64,000 bases of DNA from Desulfurococcaceae archaeon (GTDB lineage: Archaea; Thermoproteota; Thermoprotei_A; Sulfolobales; Desulfurococcaceae): NCBI GenBank assembly GCA_038816475.1, contig JAWBAI010000005.1, positions 17,566 to 81,565 of the forward strand, in the 5' to 3' direction. The notes under the pieces were generated by a model, which saw only the letters and a program-made list of their open reading frames with translations, was not told where the DNA came from and did not search any database. Both the position numbers and the translations under genes were made by a program. This document shows, piece by piece, positions 50,764 to 60,422 of this stretch. Position 1 is the stretch's first letter. Each line of letters starts with the position of its first letter.

Positions 50764-51650
50764 CCCCTTTCAACTCTCTCCTTCACTACACGTAGTCCAT
50801 CCTTCAACGCAACCTTGGACATTTCTAACCTGTACTCGGCTGTTGTCCACCAGTCGGTAATCCTCTTCATTACTCTTGGAAGAACATCCTCGGAGGCTTT
50901 CTCGACGAGCTCCTCTGTGTAGACTTTGCCTTTAAGAAAGTCCTCGATCTCTCTAATTCTCGCGGGAATGCGCTTATCCTTAACCATATCATACGCTACT
51001 CTAACATCTCTCATGACTCCATCCACAAAGGTTGCGTAAACAGCGCAGGTTACTACTCCAGCGATGAGCAGGCTTCTTCTGTCGAATTTCACGAAAGCAC
51101 TGCTTGTTTTATCCGGGGGGTAGTCAAAGGTGATCTCCGTGATGAGCTCGTGTGGTTTTAGAGCTGTTACCCTGTTATCTAGTAGGAACTCTTCAAGGGA
51201 TAGTTCTCTTTCACCATCAACGCTTGCAAGTTTAACACGGGCATCGTGCACGAGGAGCAGTGGAATGTAATCACTGTACTGAGTCGCGGTTGCGATGTTA
51301 CCTCCGATCGTAGCGGAGAACCTTATAGCTAGTGTTCCAAACTTTCTCCAGACATCCACGAAACCAGCGAACCTGACGTCTCTGTGAAGTATGCTCTTGC
51401 TCAAGTCGTAAACTCTCGTCAAGGCACCAATTCTCACTCTTCCATTCTCTACTTTCACGTAGGATAGCTCTCTTCTGAGAGGTGAAAGATCCAGTAGGAA
51501 CCTTGGTGTAGGTATCTTCCTGTCTCTGATCAGAAGTAGAAGCTCTGTTCCACCAGCTAGAGGCTTAACATCGGGGGAGTTCTTTGCAAGAAACTCAAGA
51601 GCTTCTGCTAAGGATCTAGGGCGGTATATATCAAAGCTATGAATGAACAA
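50751..51650 (-). CDS. Xanthine dehydrogenase family FAD-binding subunit
   Basis: AGGTEL, IGALT, ATIGGNI, AEYR. Confidence 0.95.
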   Translation of the reverse strand: MFIHSFDIYRPRSLAEALEFLAKNSPDVKPLAGGTELLLLIRDRKIPTPRFLLDLSPLRRELSYVKVENGRVRIGALTRVYDLSKSILHRDVRFAGFVDVWRKFGTLAIRFSATIGGNIATATQYSDYIPLLLVHDARVKLASVDGERELSLEEFLLDNRVTALKPHELITEITFDYPPDKTSSAFVKFDRRSLLIAGVVTCAVYATFVDGVMRDVRVAYDMVKDKRIPARIREIEDFLKGKVYTEELVEKASEDVLPRVMKRITDWWTTAEYRLEMSKVALKDGLRVVKERVERGCSA

Positions 51651-51790
51651 TCACCCCGGGCCTTGGTTAATAAAATTTAGATTACTCGGGTTTAAAAGTT
51701 TTACAGTTCTTGCACTAACGATCTTCATGAATAGAGCTATTGAAATCTGGTTTTAATAGGTACGTGCGATCCTTATAATCCAAGGGGTGT

Positions 51791-52804
51791 ATGAGCTTGA
51801 AGGTGTGCAACAGCCTAATTGATTGCATAGGGAAAACACCCGTGATAAGAATCACCAGAGTTCTTCCACCTCGCATCAAAGCCGAGATCTGGGGTAAAAT
51901 GGAGTTCCTCAACCCCTCCGGTAGCGTGAAAGATAGAATCGCAGTGTACATGATTAAAAGAGCTCTTGAGAAGGGTGAGCTGAAACCAGGTATGACTCTC
52001 GTAGTACCCACGACAGGTAACACGGGTATAGCTTTCGCATCGGTTGGTGCATCACTTGGTTTCAAAGTGCTAATAGTTATCCCTGAGGAAATGAGCGCTG
52101 AGAGATTCATGCTCATGAAGCTTCTCGGTGCAGACTTCTACTTTACACCCGGTGGTGAAGTAGACGCGGGCGGAGCTCTAGAGGTGGCAAAGAGACTAGT
52201 TGCCGAGAACCCTGATAAGTACTACTTGTTTGACCAGTGGAGTGACGAAGCTAACGTTGAAGCGCACTACGAGACCACTGGGAAAGAGATAATTGAACAA
52301 CTGGGTTGCCCTAAAGCCTTTGTAGCTAACGTTGGAACCGGTGGAACCCTTGTAGGTGTTGCCAAGAGGCTCAAAGAGGAGTGCAGAGACGTGATCGTCG
52401 TAGGAGCTGAGCCTGCTGAGTGCGCAGTAGCTACGTCCTGGTTTAAGAAAGGTGTAGTTGAAGCATGTGGTAGACACGAAGTGGAAGGTGTTGGCGATGG
52501 CTTTGTACCCGACATTATTGCCAGGTACAAGCATCTTCTCGACGACTTCGTTACAGTCTCAAGCGAAGAAGCTATACTGATGACCAGGGAGTTGGCCAGG
52601 AAAGAGGGGTTACCAGTTGGAATAAGTAGCGGTGCAAACGTTTCAGCAGCGATCAAAGTGGCCGAGCAGTACGGACTTAAAGAAGATGACAAAGTTGTCA
52701 CTATTCTACCGGATTACGCAGCAAGGTACTTCAGTACAAGGCTCTTCAGAAAGAAAAAAGAAGTAGCGAGCAGACGGATAATACTAGAGGAGCTAGACCT
52801 ATAA
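51791..52804 (+). CDS. Cysteine synthase family PLP enzyme
   Basis: IGKTP, NPSGSVKDR, PTTGNTG, GTGGT, EGVG, GISSGA, PD..RYFS. Confidence 0.9.
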   Translation: MSLKVCNSLIDCIGKTPVIRITRVLPPRIKAEIWGKMEFLNPSGSVKDRIAVYMIKRALEKGELKPGMTLVVPTTGNTGIAFASVGASLGFKVLIVIPEEMSAERFMLMKLLGADFYFTPGGEVDAGGALEVAKRLVAENPDKYYLFDQWSDEANVEAHYETTGKEIIEQLGCPKAFVANVGTGGTLVGVAKRLKEECRDVIVVGAEPAECAVATSWFKKGVVEACGRHEVEGVGDGFVPDIIARYKHLLDDFVTVSSEEAILMTRELARKEGLPVGISSGANVSAAIKVAEQYGLKEDDKVVTILPDYAARYFSTRLFRKKKEVASRRIILEELDL

Positions 52805-52805
52805 T

Positions 52806-54641
52806 CTACTTTTTATACACCTCCTCAACGAGTGGAATAAGTCTACCGCTTTGAACATCTACAAGACCTCTATCAGTGATCCTAACCTCGGGTATTACCG
52901 GTAGTGAAACCAAGCTTAGTGTCATGAAGAACGACTCAAAGTGAACATTGTAGTGGCTTCTCATGTACTCGAGCATCCTTGTGTACTTCTCGTATACTAC
53001 CTCGGGTTCCTCAATGCTCATTAAGCCCGCTAACCTCAGTTCCAACTCTGCTACGATCTTACCGTTGTCCACGATGACTATACCACCCTGTATTCTTTCA
53101 ACCTCTCTCACAGCAGTATCCATGTCTCTCGGGTTCCAGCCCGCTACTACGAGGTTGTGAGTGTCGTGTGCTATGGTTTGAGCTATTGCACCAGCCTTAA
53201 AGCTTAACCCCTTGATGAACCCTGTTGAGAATCTACCACTACCTGTGTGTCTGTCGGCTACAACAACGTACATGATGTCTTTTTCGTAGTTCGTCTTCAA
53301 GATGCCGTTTTCAACCTCGAGTTCCTCGACAACCTTCTTGGTTAACGTGGAGCCTGGTTTAACCTCGATAACGTTTACTCTGGCATACCCGTGTTCAACG
53401 GACTCCTTTAATCTAGGAGTATATGAGATGACCTCTGGTAGTTTTCCAAGCTTCACGGTTTGAAGTACGCGCGGAGGGTACTCCGGCTTCTTGAACTCTT
53501 TCTGCAGTGTGTTCTTGTAGTATATGAGTTCTCCATTTGCTATCACTGTTTCTGGTTGTATTCTCTCGATTCTGCTCGTTAATACTATATCCGCTATGCG
53601 ACCAGGCGCAATTAAACCGATGTGATCTTCTAGGTGAAGCCTAATTGCCGGGTACAGGGTAGCGTACTTAACCGCTTTCACAGGGTCTACTCCGAGCTCA
53701 ATAGCACGGTTGATGATCCTATCCATGTGTCCTTTCGTGAAAAGGTCATAAACGTTCAGATCATCACTGACGAAGACGCATAGATCGCAAGCATTTTCCC
53801 TCACGATGGAAACTAGAGCTTCAAGATCTCTCCAAGCACTACCCTCTCTGATATAAATCCACATTCCTCTCCTCAGTTTTTCAACAGCTTCATCGATCGC
53901 TGTTGTTTCGTGATCGCTAATTATACCCGCTGATATGTACGCGTCAAGATGTGGACCCTTTAACTGCGGTGCATGACCATCTATGATCAAGCCCTTGTTC
54001 TTAGCCGCCTCTACTTTCCTTAAAACCTCTTCGGATGCGTGTACAACGCTGATGAAATCCATTACCTCGCCTAATCCACAAACGTTCTCACGTTCCACGA
54101 GCTTTGATACAGTTGAGGAGTCGATTACATGTGGTGCTGTTTCAAGCCCTAGGTACGGATCAGTTGCTGGAACGCAGCTCGGGACTTCCACCAGGAACTT
54201 TAGTGGAAGATCCTTCGTAAACGATATGAAGATCTCTACGCCTTCGGCTCCAAGAACGTTCGCTATCTCGTGTGGATCCGCTACAACAGTTGTTGTTCCA
54301 TGCTTAAGTGCTATTTTTGCGAAGCCTACTGGGTTTAGCAATGAGGATTCAACGTGAATGTGGAGATCTATGAAGCCCGGTAATGCGTACTTACCTTCGC
54401 AGTCAACTACTCGTGTTCTACTGGAGATGTACCTGGAGATGTCCTTTATTCTACCAATCCTGGCGATCCTCTTGCCCTTAATAACAACACTATAGTTCTC
54501 CAGTACCTCCTCGGTGGTTGGAACAACTATGTTTACGTTTGTTAAAACCATGTCAGCAGGAATTGCACCACGAGAGGCAAGAATGAGTTCTCTTCGTTCA
54601 CTCAAACTGTATTTTTCTATTAGAGTATTCAACGACTTCAC
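52806..54641 (-). CDS. ade: Adenine deaminase
   Basis: HIHVESS, DPHEIANV, LGEVMD, DGHAP, SDHE, REGS, AHDTHN, LSLVSLPVIPE. Confidence 0.96.
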   Translation of the reverse strand: MKSLNTLIEKYSLSERRELILASRGAIPADMVLTNVNIVVPTTEEVLENYSVVIKGKRIARIGRIKDISRYISSRTRVVDCEGKYALPGFIDLHIHVESSLLNPVGFAKIALKHGTTTVVADPHEIANVLGAEGVEIFISFTKDLPLKFLVEVPSCVPATDPYLGLETAPHVIDSSTVSKLVERENVCGLGEVMDFISVVHASEEVLRKVEAAKNKGLIIDGHAPQLKGPHLDAYISAGIISDHETTAIDEAVEKLRRGMWIYIREGSAWRDLEALVSIVRENACDLCVFVSDDLNVYDLFTKGHMDRIINRAIELGVDPVKAVKYATLYPAIRLHLEDHIGLIAPGRIADIVLTSRIERIQPETVIANGELIYYKNTLQKEFKKPEYPPRVLQTVKLGKLPEVISYTPRLKESVEHGYARVNVIEVKPGSTLTKKVVEELEVENGILKTNYEKDIMYVVVADRHTGSGRFSTGFIKGLSFKAGAIAQTIAHDTHNLVVAGWNPRDMDTAVREVERIQGGIVIVDNGKIVAELELRLAGLMSIEEPEVVYEKYTRMLEYMRSHYNVHFESFFMTLSLVSLPVIPEVRITDRGLVDVQSGRLIPLVEEVYKK

Positions 54642-54691
54642 CTGTGGGTTTTAACCATAGGTTTAAAATCGCGGGGTTATATATGTAGACG

Positions 54692-56113
54692 TTGAAACCC
54701 GGTGATCTATCCGTGGCTGATATATACGTTAGGGGTGGATGGGTGCTAACGCTGGATCCTCGGAGAAGGATCATCAGGAACGGGGCAGTAGCCATCAGTG
54801 ATGGTGTCATCGTGGACGTTGGTAAGAAGGATGAGCTTGATGCAAGGTACAGGTACTACTCGGACATTGTAATAAACACAGAGAAGGATATTGTAATGCC
54901 GGGATTAATCAACACGCACGTTCACCTTGTTCAAGGCTTACTTAGGCACTGTGCAGACTACTTACCACTAATAAGCTGGCTTAAAAACAGAGTATGGCCA
55001 CTACAGGGGAACTACAAGCCCGAGGAAGCTCTCGCCTCAGCAAAGCTAGTTCTACTAGAGATGATAAAGACGGGGGCTACAACGTTCCTTGAAACAGGCC
55101 TTGTGGGTAGGTACGGTCCTGACAACATAATAGAGTTCGTCTACGAGGCTGGACTGCGAGGAGTCTTCGCTAGGCACGTAATGGACTTAAGGGGGTATGC
55201 TCTCGAGGAGGAGGCTATTCACAAGGGTTTAATCGAGTCAGGTGATGCTAGCTTCAACGATACACTTAGACTCTACTACAAGTACCACGGGAAAGGCAAC
55301 AGAGTGTGGATCTGGTTCGGGCCGAGAACACCCGGTGCTGTGAGCGTAGAGCTGTACAGGAGAATCTCCGAGAAAGCAAGAGAGCTCAACACAGGTATAA
55401 CAATGCATCTTGCCGAGGTAAAAGAAGACGTAGAGTACACCGTGCGATTGTTCGGTAAGAAACCAGTAGAGTTTGCTAACTGGGTTGGATTAACCGGTAG
55501 AAACGTTGTTCTCGTCCATGTTGTCTGGGTTGATGACAACGAGATCAAGCTACTCGCGGAGACGAAGACTAATGTAAGCCACAACCCATCTAGCAACATG
55601 AAGCTTGGCAGTGGTGCAGCAAGAGTATCAGACATGATCAGGAGCGGTGTCAACGTTGCGCTGGGAACAGATGGTGGTCCAAGCAACAACACCTACGATC
55701 TCATGAGGGAGATGAAGCATGCCGCGCTCTTGCAGTACGTAACGAAGTTGAACCCGAGAGCTGTCAGAGCCGAGGAGGTTGTTGAAATGGCAACAATAAA
55801 CGGTGCTCGTGCTCTCATGATAGACCACTTGGTTGGTAGCATAGAGGTTGGTAAGAGAGCTGACATCATAGTTCTCGACTACTGGGTTCCACACCTGCAT
55901 CCACTTGTAAACCCGGTTTCACACCTGGTCTTTGCAGCCTCAGGCTCAGACGTTAAGCACGTGATAGTTGATGGTAAGTTGATAATGTTTAACAGGAGAG
56001 TTCTAACGCTAAACGAAGAGGAGATCATAGAGGAAGCTGAGAAGAGAGCCTTTGAGCTCTACAGTAGAACAGGGATCTGCTTGGAGCCTGATACGGTTTG
56101 GCCTATCACCTAG
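54692..56113 (+). CDS. Amidohydrolase, TRZ/ATZ (MTA/SAH-, guanine-, 8-oxoguanine-deaminase-like) family
   Basis: NTHVH.Q, MHLAE, LVHVV, HNPSSNMKL, GTDG. Confidence 0.9.
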   Translation: MKPGDLSVADIYVRGGWVLTLDPRRRIIRNGAVAISDGVIVDVGKKDELDARYRYYSDIVINTEKDIVMPGLINTHVHLVQGLLRHCADYLPLISWLKNRVWPLQGNYKPEEALASAKLVLLEMIKTGATTFLETGLVGRYGPDNIIEFVYEAGLRGVFARHVMDLRGYALEEEAIHKGLIESGDASFNDTLRLYYKYHGKGNRVWIWFGPRTPGAVSVELYRRISEKARELNTGITMHLAEVKEDVEYTVRLFGKKPVEFANWVGLTGRNVVLVHVVWVDDNEIKLLAETKTNVSHNPSSNMKLGSGAARVSDMIRSGVNVALGTDGGPSNNTYDLMREMKHAALLQYVTKLNPRAVRAEEVVEMATINGARALMIDHLVGSIEVGKRADIIVLDYWVPHLHPLVNPVSHLVFAASGSDVKHVIVDGKLIMFNRRVLTLNEEEIIEEAEKRAFELYSRTGICLEPDTVWPIT

Positions 56114-56373
56114 CCGCCCATCTCAGGTGTTATAAACGTGACGCGATCACCATCCTTGAGCTTAGTTGACGGATCAATTGTTGGAACACCATTGATGTAC
56201 GTAACGAAAACGTAATGCCCCTCGATAAACCTTCTGAACAAGTCTGGGTGAATTTCATCACCGAGTTTTTTAAGCAAGTCGAGTACAGTGCTTTCCTCGG
56301 GTAGTTCAACTTCAACGAGTGATCTCCTAGCGATTTCACTCGCTCTACCTAGGAAAACAACAGTGACCTTCAA
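56110..56373 (-). CDS. MoaD/ThiS/SAMP ubiquitin-like sulfur carrier
   Basis: Beta-grasp pattern, LKDGDRVTFITPEMGG with C-terminal GG; likely start TTG 56373 after GGTGG RBS. Confidence 0.9.
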   Translation of the reverse strand: MKVTVVFLGRASEIARRSLVEVELPEESTVLDLLKKLGDEIHPDLFRRFIEGHYVFVTYINGVPTIDPSTKLKDGDRVTFITPEMGG

Positions 56374-56454
56374 TGTTAAACCACCGGGAACACTTGGAAC
56401 AAGCTTATAACTCGACCCCTGTCTATCTATACTATTAGTCAAGGGGTGAATTAA

Positions 56455-57519
56455 ATGCCCGCTTTGAGAAACCTTGTTCGTGAACTATCAGGTAAAGATC
56501 TGATATCTACACTCGAGTGGAGTGACGAAGAAATCGACATTGCTCTCAAGCTATCAGCTGAGTTCAAGAACATAGCACACTACTACGGTACAGAGGCTAT
56601 TCCCAAGGTTCTAGCAGGAAAAGTATTCTACATGCTGTTCTTCGCTCCATCAACGAGAACTAGAGCGGCTTTCGAAACAGGAATGTATCTACTGGGTGGA
56701 CACGCGGCATACATAGATGCAACAACAACGAGGTTAGCTGTTGGGAAAGAGGAGAAGGTTGGAGAGGATATTAGAGACGTAGCTGCAATGTACGATGTCT
56801 ATGGGCATGGACTGGGGATAAGGATCCTCGATAAGGCTATAGACTACTTGTACGGAGTTGGTAACAAGTACATCAGGGAAATGGCTAGGGTTGCAAAGAT
56901 CCCCGTTATAAACATGGCAGATGACATGTTTCATCCAACCCAGGGATTGGCAGACATATTCACATTCATCGAGAAATTCAAGAACCCGCGTGGCAAGAAG
57001 TATGTTATTATGTGGGCTTACAGCCCGGAGATCAGGGGCTGGTGCAGTGTTCAGGAGGACATGGTCCTGTTTCCGAGATTCGGCGTGGATGTGGTAATAG
57101 CTAGACCACCGGGTTTTGACCTTGACCCCAAGCTCGTTGAGAAGGCTAGAGAAATCGCCAAGGAGCAGGGCGCTGTTTTCGAAGTTACAGACAACCTGAG
57201 GGAAGCACTAGCTGGAGCTCACGCTGTTTTCCCAAGAAACTGGGCTTCACCAACTCTGGTTCAGCTCGGCTACAGCAAGTTCAAGGACGAGGAGCTCAAG
57301 ATATACGAGAAGTACAAGAACTGGAAGGTTACAAGAGAACTAATGGACCTCATGGACAAGCATGGTGTACTAATGCATGTTCTACCCATATTCAGAGGTT
57401 ACGAAGCAGACGAAGATGTAATAGACGACCCAAAGAGGTCGATCATATATCAGCAAGCGGAGAACGGTCTTTGGACTAAAATGGCTGTTCTAGCCCTTAC
57501 AATGTACGGTGTTAAGTAG
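56455..57519 (+). CDS. Carbamoyltransferase, YgeW/knotted transcarbamylase-like (paralog 1)
   Basis: STRT, HPTQ, MWAYSP, HVLP, QAENG. Confidence 0.88.
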   Translation: MPALRNLVRELSGKDLISTLEWSDEEIDIALKLSAEFKNIAHYYGTEAIPKVLAGKVFYMLFFAPSTRTRAAFETGMYLLGGHAAYIDATTTRLAVGKEEKVGEDIRDVAAMYDVYGHGLGIRILDKAIDYLYGVGNKYIREMARVAKIPVINMADDMFHPTQGLADIFTFIEKFKNPRGKKYVIMWAYSPEIRGWCSVQEDMVLFPRFGVDVVIARPPGFDLDPKLVEKAREIAKEQGAVFEVTDNLREALAGAHAVFPRNWASPTLVQLGYSKFKDEELKIYEKYKNWKVTRELMDLMDKHGVLMHVLPIFRGYEADEDVIDDPKRSIIYQQAENGLWTKMAVLALTMYGVK

Positions 57520-57648
57520 AAACTCAAAGACCCACTGAGTCTCGGCAAAATAGAACATTTTTTTATCAAATCTCTCCTCTACGAAGCAATTTATGAAGGA
57601 GTTAGGTAAAGGGTATACTAGTAAAAACTGATTAGGAATGCGGAGTTA

Positions 57649-58857
57649 CTACGTGAACTTGATGGCTCTTGTTGGACATACTGTTGTGCAGAGACCGCAA
57701 CCGTAGCACTTGGTAAGGTCTACAACGGCTACTCTTCTACCCTGTTTCCCTGTTTCAAAGTGTATAGCGTTGTAGTTGCAAACCTGTTGGCAGAAGCCGC
57801 AGCCTATGCATCTCTTCTCGTCTACTCTGGGGGGTAGAGCCCACGTTCTGAGAGGTTCTAGTTTAAGGTACTTTAGGCTCATACCCTTGATGTCCAGGAT
57901 GCTACTGTATCCGTGACGTTTAAGCCAATCCTCTAGTTCTCTGAGTATGCGCTTGAAAACACCTGGTCCCTCTATGAGCGCAGCTGTGCATATTTGTACT
58001 GCTGACGCGCCAACCATGAAGTACTCAACTACGTCTACACCTCTGAAGATTCCTCCAACACCGATAACCGGTAGTTTCGTGTTCTTAGCGATCTCGGCTA
58101 CGATTGCTAACGCTAAGGGCTTTAGCGCTGGGCCACTCATCCATCCGTAACCACCGGGTCCTCCGACTATGGGTAATCCTGTTTCAACGTCTATGCTTAA
58201 AGCTGGACCAATGGTGTTTGTTGCAACTAGTCCATCTACTCCCACGGATTCAAGCTCTTTAACCAGCTCGGGTATGTTCGGAGTGAACGGACTCAGCTTG
58301 GCGAAGATTGGAATGGAAACGGATTCCCTGAGAGCCTTAGCAGCTTCAACTATGGGTTTGTAGTCTCTACCAATGTAGTGTGTGGAAAACTCAATCGCAT
58401 CTACACCAGCTTTCTCCACCTTGGGGCCCAGTAACGCGAGCTCTTCTGGTTTGTAACCTATGCTTGCGAACAGTGCAACACCGTGTTCTCTGCAGTACTT
58501 GACCATAGCAGGGTACTCGCGCTCGAGGTAGTGCTCAGCTGGAATATCACTCCACAACTCGGCGTTCAGAACAGCGTAAATGAACCTTGAGTTACCAGCA
58601 TCCACGGAAACAACCTGAACTTCACCTGGTTTCACTGTTCTGAGAACGTGGAACCTTCCAAGCCCTCGGTCTACAACACCCATCGTTGGTCTGGGAACAA
58701 TAGCTGGAACCACGCTAATAGTCTTAGCAACAACTCCACCCACATCGTTATCCACCAGTAGCTTCACGGATTCGAAGTCGCGAGAAATAGGACAAGCAGC
58801 GTTCATCAACGGATTCTTCAACCTGAAACCTGCGATTTCGACTGATAGATCAACCAC
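57649..58857 (-). CDS. Dihydropyrimidine/dihydroorotate dehydrogenase-like FMN protein with C-terminal 2x[4Fe-4S] domain (PreA-like)
   Basis: NPLMNAA, AKT, KLSP, TNT, SGPALKP, GASAVQICT; CIGCGFCQQVC and CYGCGLCTTVCP. Confidence 0.88.
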   Translation of the reverse strand: MVDLSVEIAGFRLKNPLMNAACPISRDFESVKLLVDNDVGGVVAKTISVVPAIVPRPTMGVVDRGLGRFHVLRTVKPGEVQVVSVDAGNSRFIYAVLNAELWSDIPAEHYLEREYPAMVKYCREHGVALFASIGYKPEELALLGPKVEKAGVDAIEFSTHYIGRDYKPIVEAAKALRESVSIPIFAKLSPFTPNIPELVKELESVGVDGLVATNTIGPALSIDVETGLPIVGGPGGYGWMSGPALKPLALAIVAEIAKNTKLPVIGVGGIFRGVDVVEYFMVGASAVQICTAALIEGPGVFKRILRELEDWLKRHGYSSILDIKGMSLKYLKLEPLRTWALPPRVDEKRCIGCGFCQQVCNYNAIHFETGKQGRRVAVVDLTKCYGCGLCTTVCPTRAIKFT

Positions 58858-58915
58858 GAGTTACACCTTTGTAGGCGTTGAATACAATTCATCGACAGGG
58901 ATATAAACTTTGTGT

Positions 58916-60301
58916 TTATGCTTTCAAATAGTCGATCTGGTATCTACCACTGCTTAGCAGCTTATCCCAGAGCCTCTCAACAACCCTGTGGACGTACTCT
59001 ACAGCCTTCTCCTCGTCAACCCCCAGAACTCTTCTATCCCTCATGACCACTCTTCCGTTGACGACAACGGTTTTCACATCCTTACCACTAACGGTGTTAA
59101 CGAGGTGAGCGTAAACAGTTTTCTCGTTCACCGGTGTCGGAGGATGCTCGGGTTTCAACACAACGATATCGGCTTTTTTACCCGGCTCTAAGGAGCCTAG
59201 CTCGTTCTCCACGTGGAACATTTTCGCAACGTTGACTGTTGCCATTTCTACAACCTGCATGAGTGTTATAACCCTTGGATCCCTGTTCCAGACCTTGTGT
59301 ATCAGGTACGCAGCTCTCATGTTCTCGAAGTGGTCAAAAACATAGCCATCGTTTCCTAGTCCAACGTTGATACCCATTCTCAACATCTCTGGAACTCTTG
59401 CAACACCAACAGCGTTCAACATGTTGCTCATGGGGTTGTGAGCCACGTGAGATCCTGTTCTCCTGATCAACTCTAGTTCGTCCATGGTTGTGTTCACCGT
59501 GTGTACAAGGATCACGTCATCTCCTAGGAAGTTCAGCTTGTACATTCTCTCAACGGGTCTTAAACCGTATCTTTCAATGTTGTGGTATACGTCCACTAAT
59601 CCCTCCTCGGTGTGAATAGCAAGCAAAGCCTTGTACTTGTTTGCTAGCTCACGAGCCTTGATGAAGAGGTCGTCAGATACGGTAAAGCTAGCGTGGAGGT
59701 ATATTGCTCCCTTCACGAGCTTAGAGGGATCAAAGTTGTTCTTGAGAATAAACCTCTCGTTTTCTTTTAAACCTCTAACTCCCTCCTCTAAGCTGCGCCT
59801 CTGGGTTGCCTCAAAGGATAGGTATCCTCTTATACCAACCTCGTTGACGGCTTTCTCAATGTAGTCCAAAACACCCTCTATGGAGTTTGGAGCACTTATG
59901 TTATCGAAGAAGAAGGTGACTCCCGATTTAACGAAGAGGAGACTACCCAGTAGTGCCGATGCATACGCATCTTCGTGCGTTAGTAGTACATCAAGAGCCC
60001 ACCATATTCTCTGAAGATTCTGCTGAAAATCGGTGGGTGCTTCGATCTTCGAAAACCAGGGACTCCCAGTGATTAAAAGTCCGTAGAAGTGCGTGTGAGC
60101 ACACATAAATCCCGGTGTTACAATGCTTTTTCTAGCATCAATGTACTCTTCTGCTATGTACTTGTCCTTACCATCACCCACACCAACATCAACTATTCTC
60201 TCACCTGAAACAGCAACGTAGCCGTTTCCGATGACCCTTCTCTCGCTGTTCATTGTTACAACAAGTCCATTTGAAACAAGGATGTCGACTCTTTCTCTCA
60301 A
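58916..60301 (-). CDS. SsnA-like amidohydrolase
   Basis: HTHFY...DFQQNLQRIWWALD (SsnA-type), HASFTVSD, HTEEG, HNPMSNMLNAVG, GNDG. Confidence 0.85.
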   Translation of the reverse strand: MRERVDILVSNGLVVTMNSERRVIGNGYVAVSGERIVDVGVGDGKDKYIAEEYIDARKSIVTPGFMCAHTHFYGLLITGSPWFSKIEAPTDFQQNLQRIWWALDVLLTHEDAYASALLGSLLFVKSGVTFFFDNISAPNSIEGVLDYIEKAVNEVGIRGYLSFEATQRRSLEEGVRGLKENERFILKNNFDPSKLVKGAIYLHASFTVSDDLFIKARELANKYKALLAIHTEEGLVDVYHNIERYGLRPVERMYKLNFLGDDVILVHTVNTTMDELELIRRTGSHVAHNPMSNMLNAVGVARVPEMLRMGINVGLGNDGYVFDHFENMRAAYLIHKVWNRDPRVITLMQVVEMATVNVAKMFHVENELGSLEPGKKADIVVLKPEHPPTPVNEKTVYAHLVNTVSGKDVKTVVVNGRVVMRDRRVLGVDEEKAVEYVHRVVERLWDKLLSSGRYQIDYLKA

Positions 60302-60422
60302 GAACTCACCCTTAGGTTATGTTTACTCCGAATTGCGTATATATATTGTTTAACTCTGATGCCAGGTGAGGAAGAAGAGTTGAGAGGAATATCTAATGAA
60401 AAAGTGATTGCTAGTAGATGTT

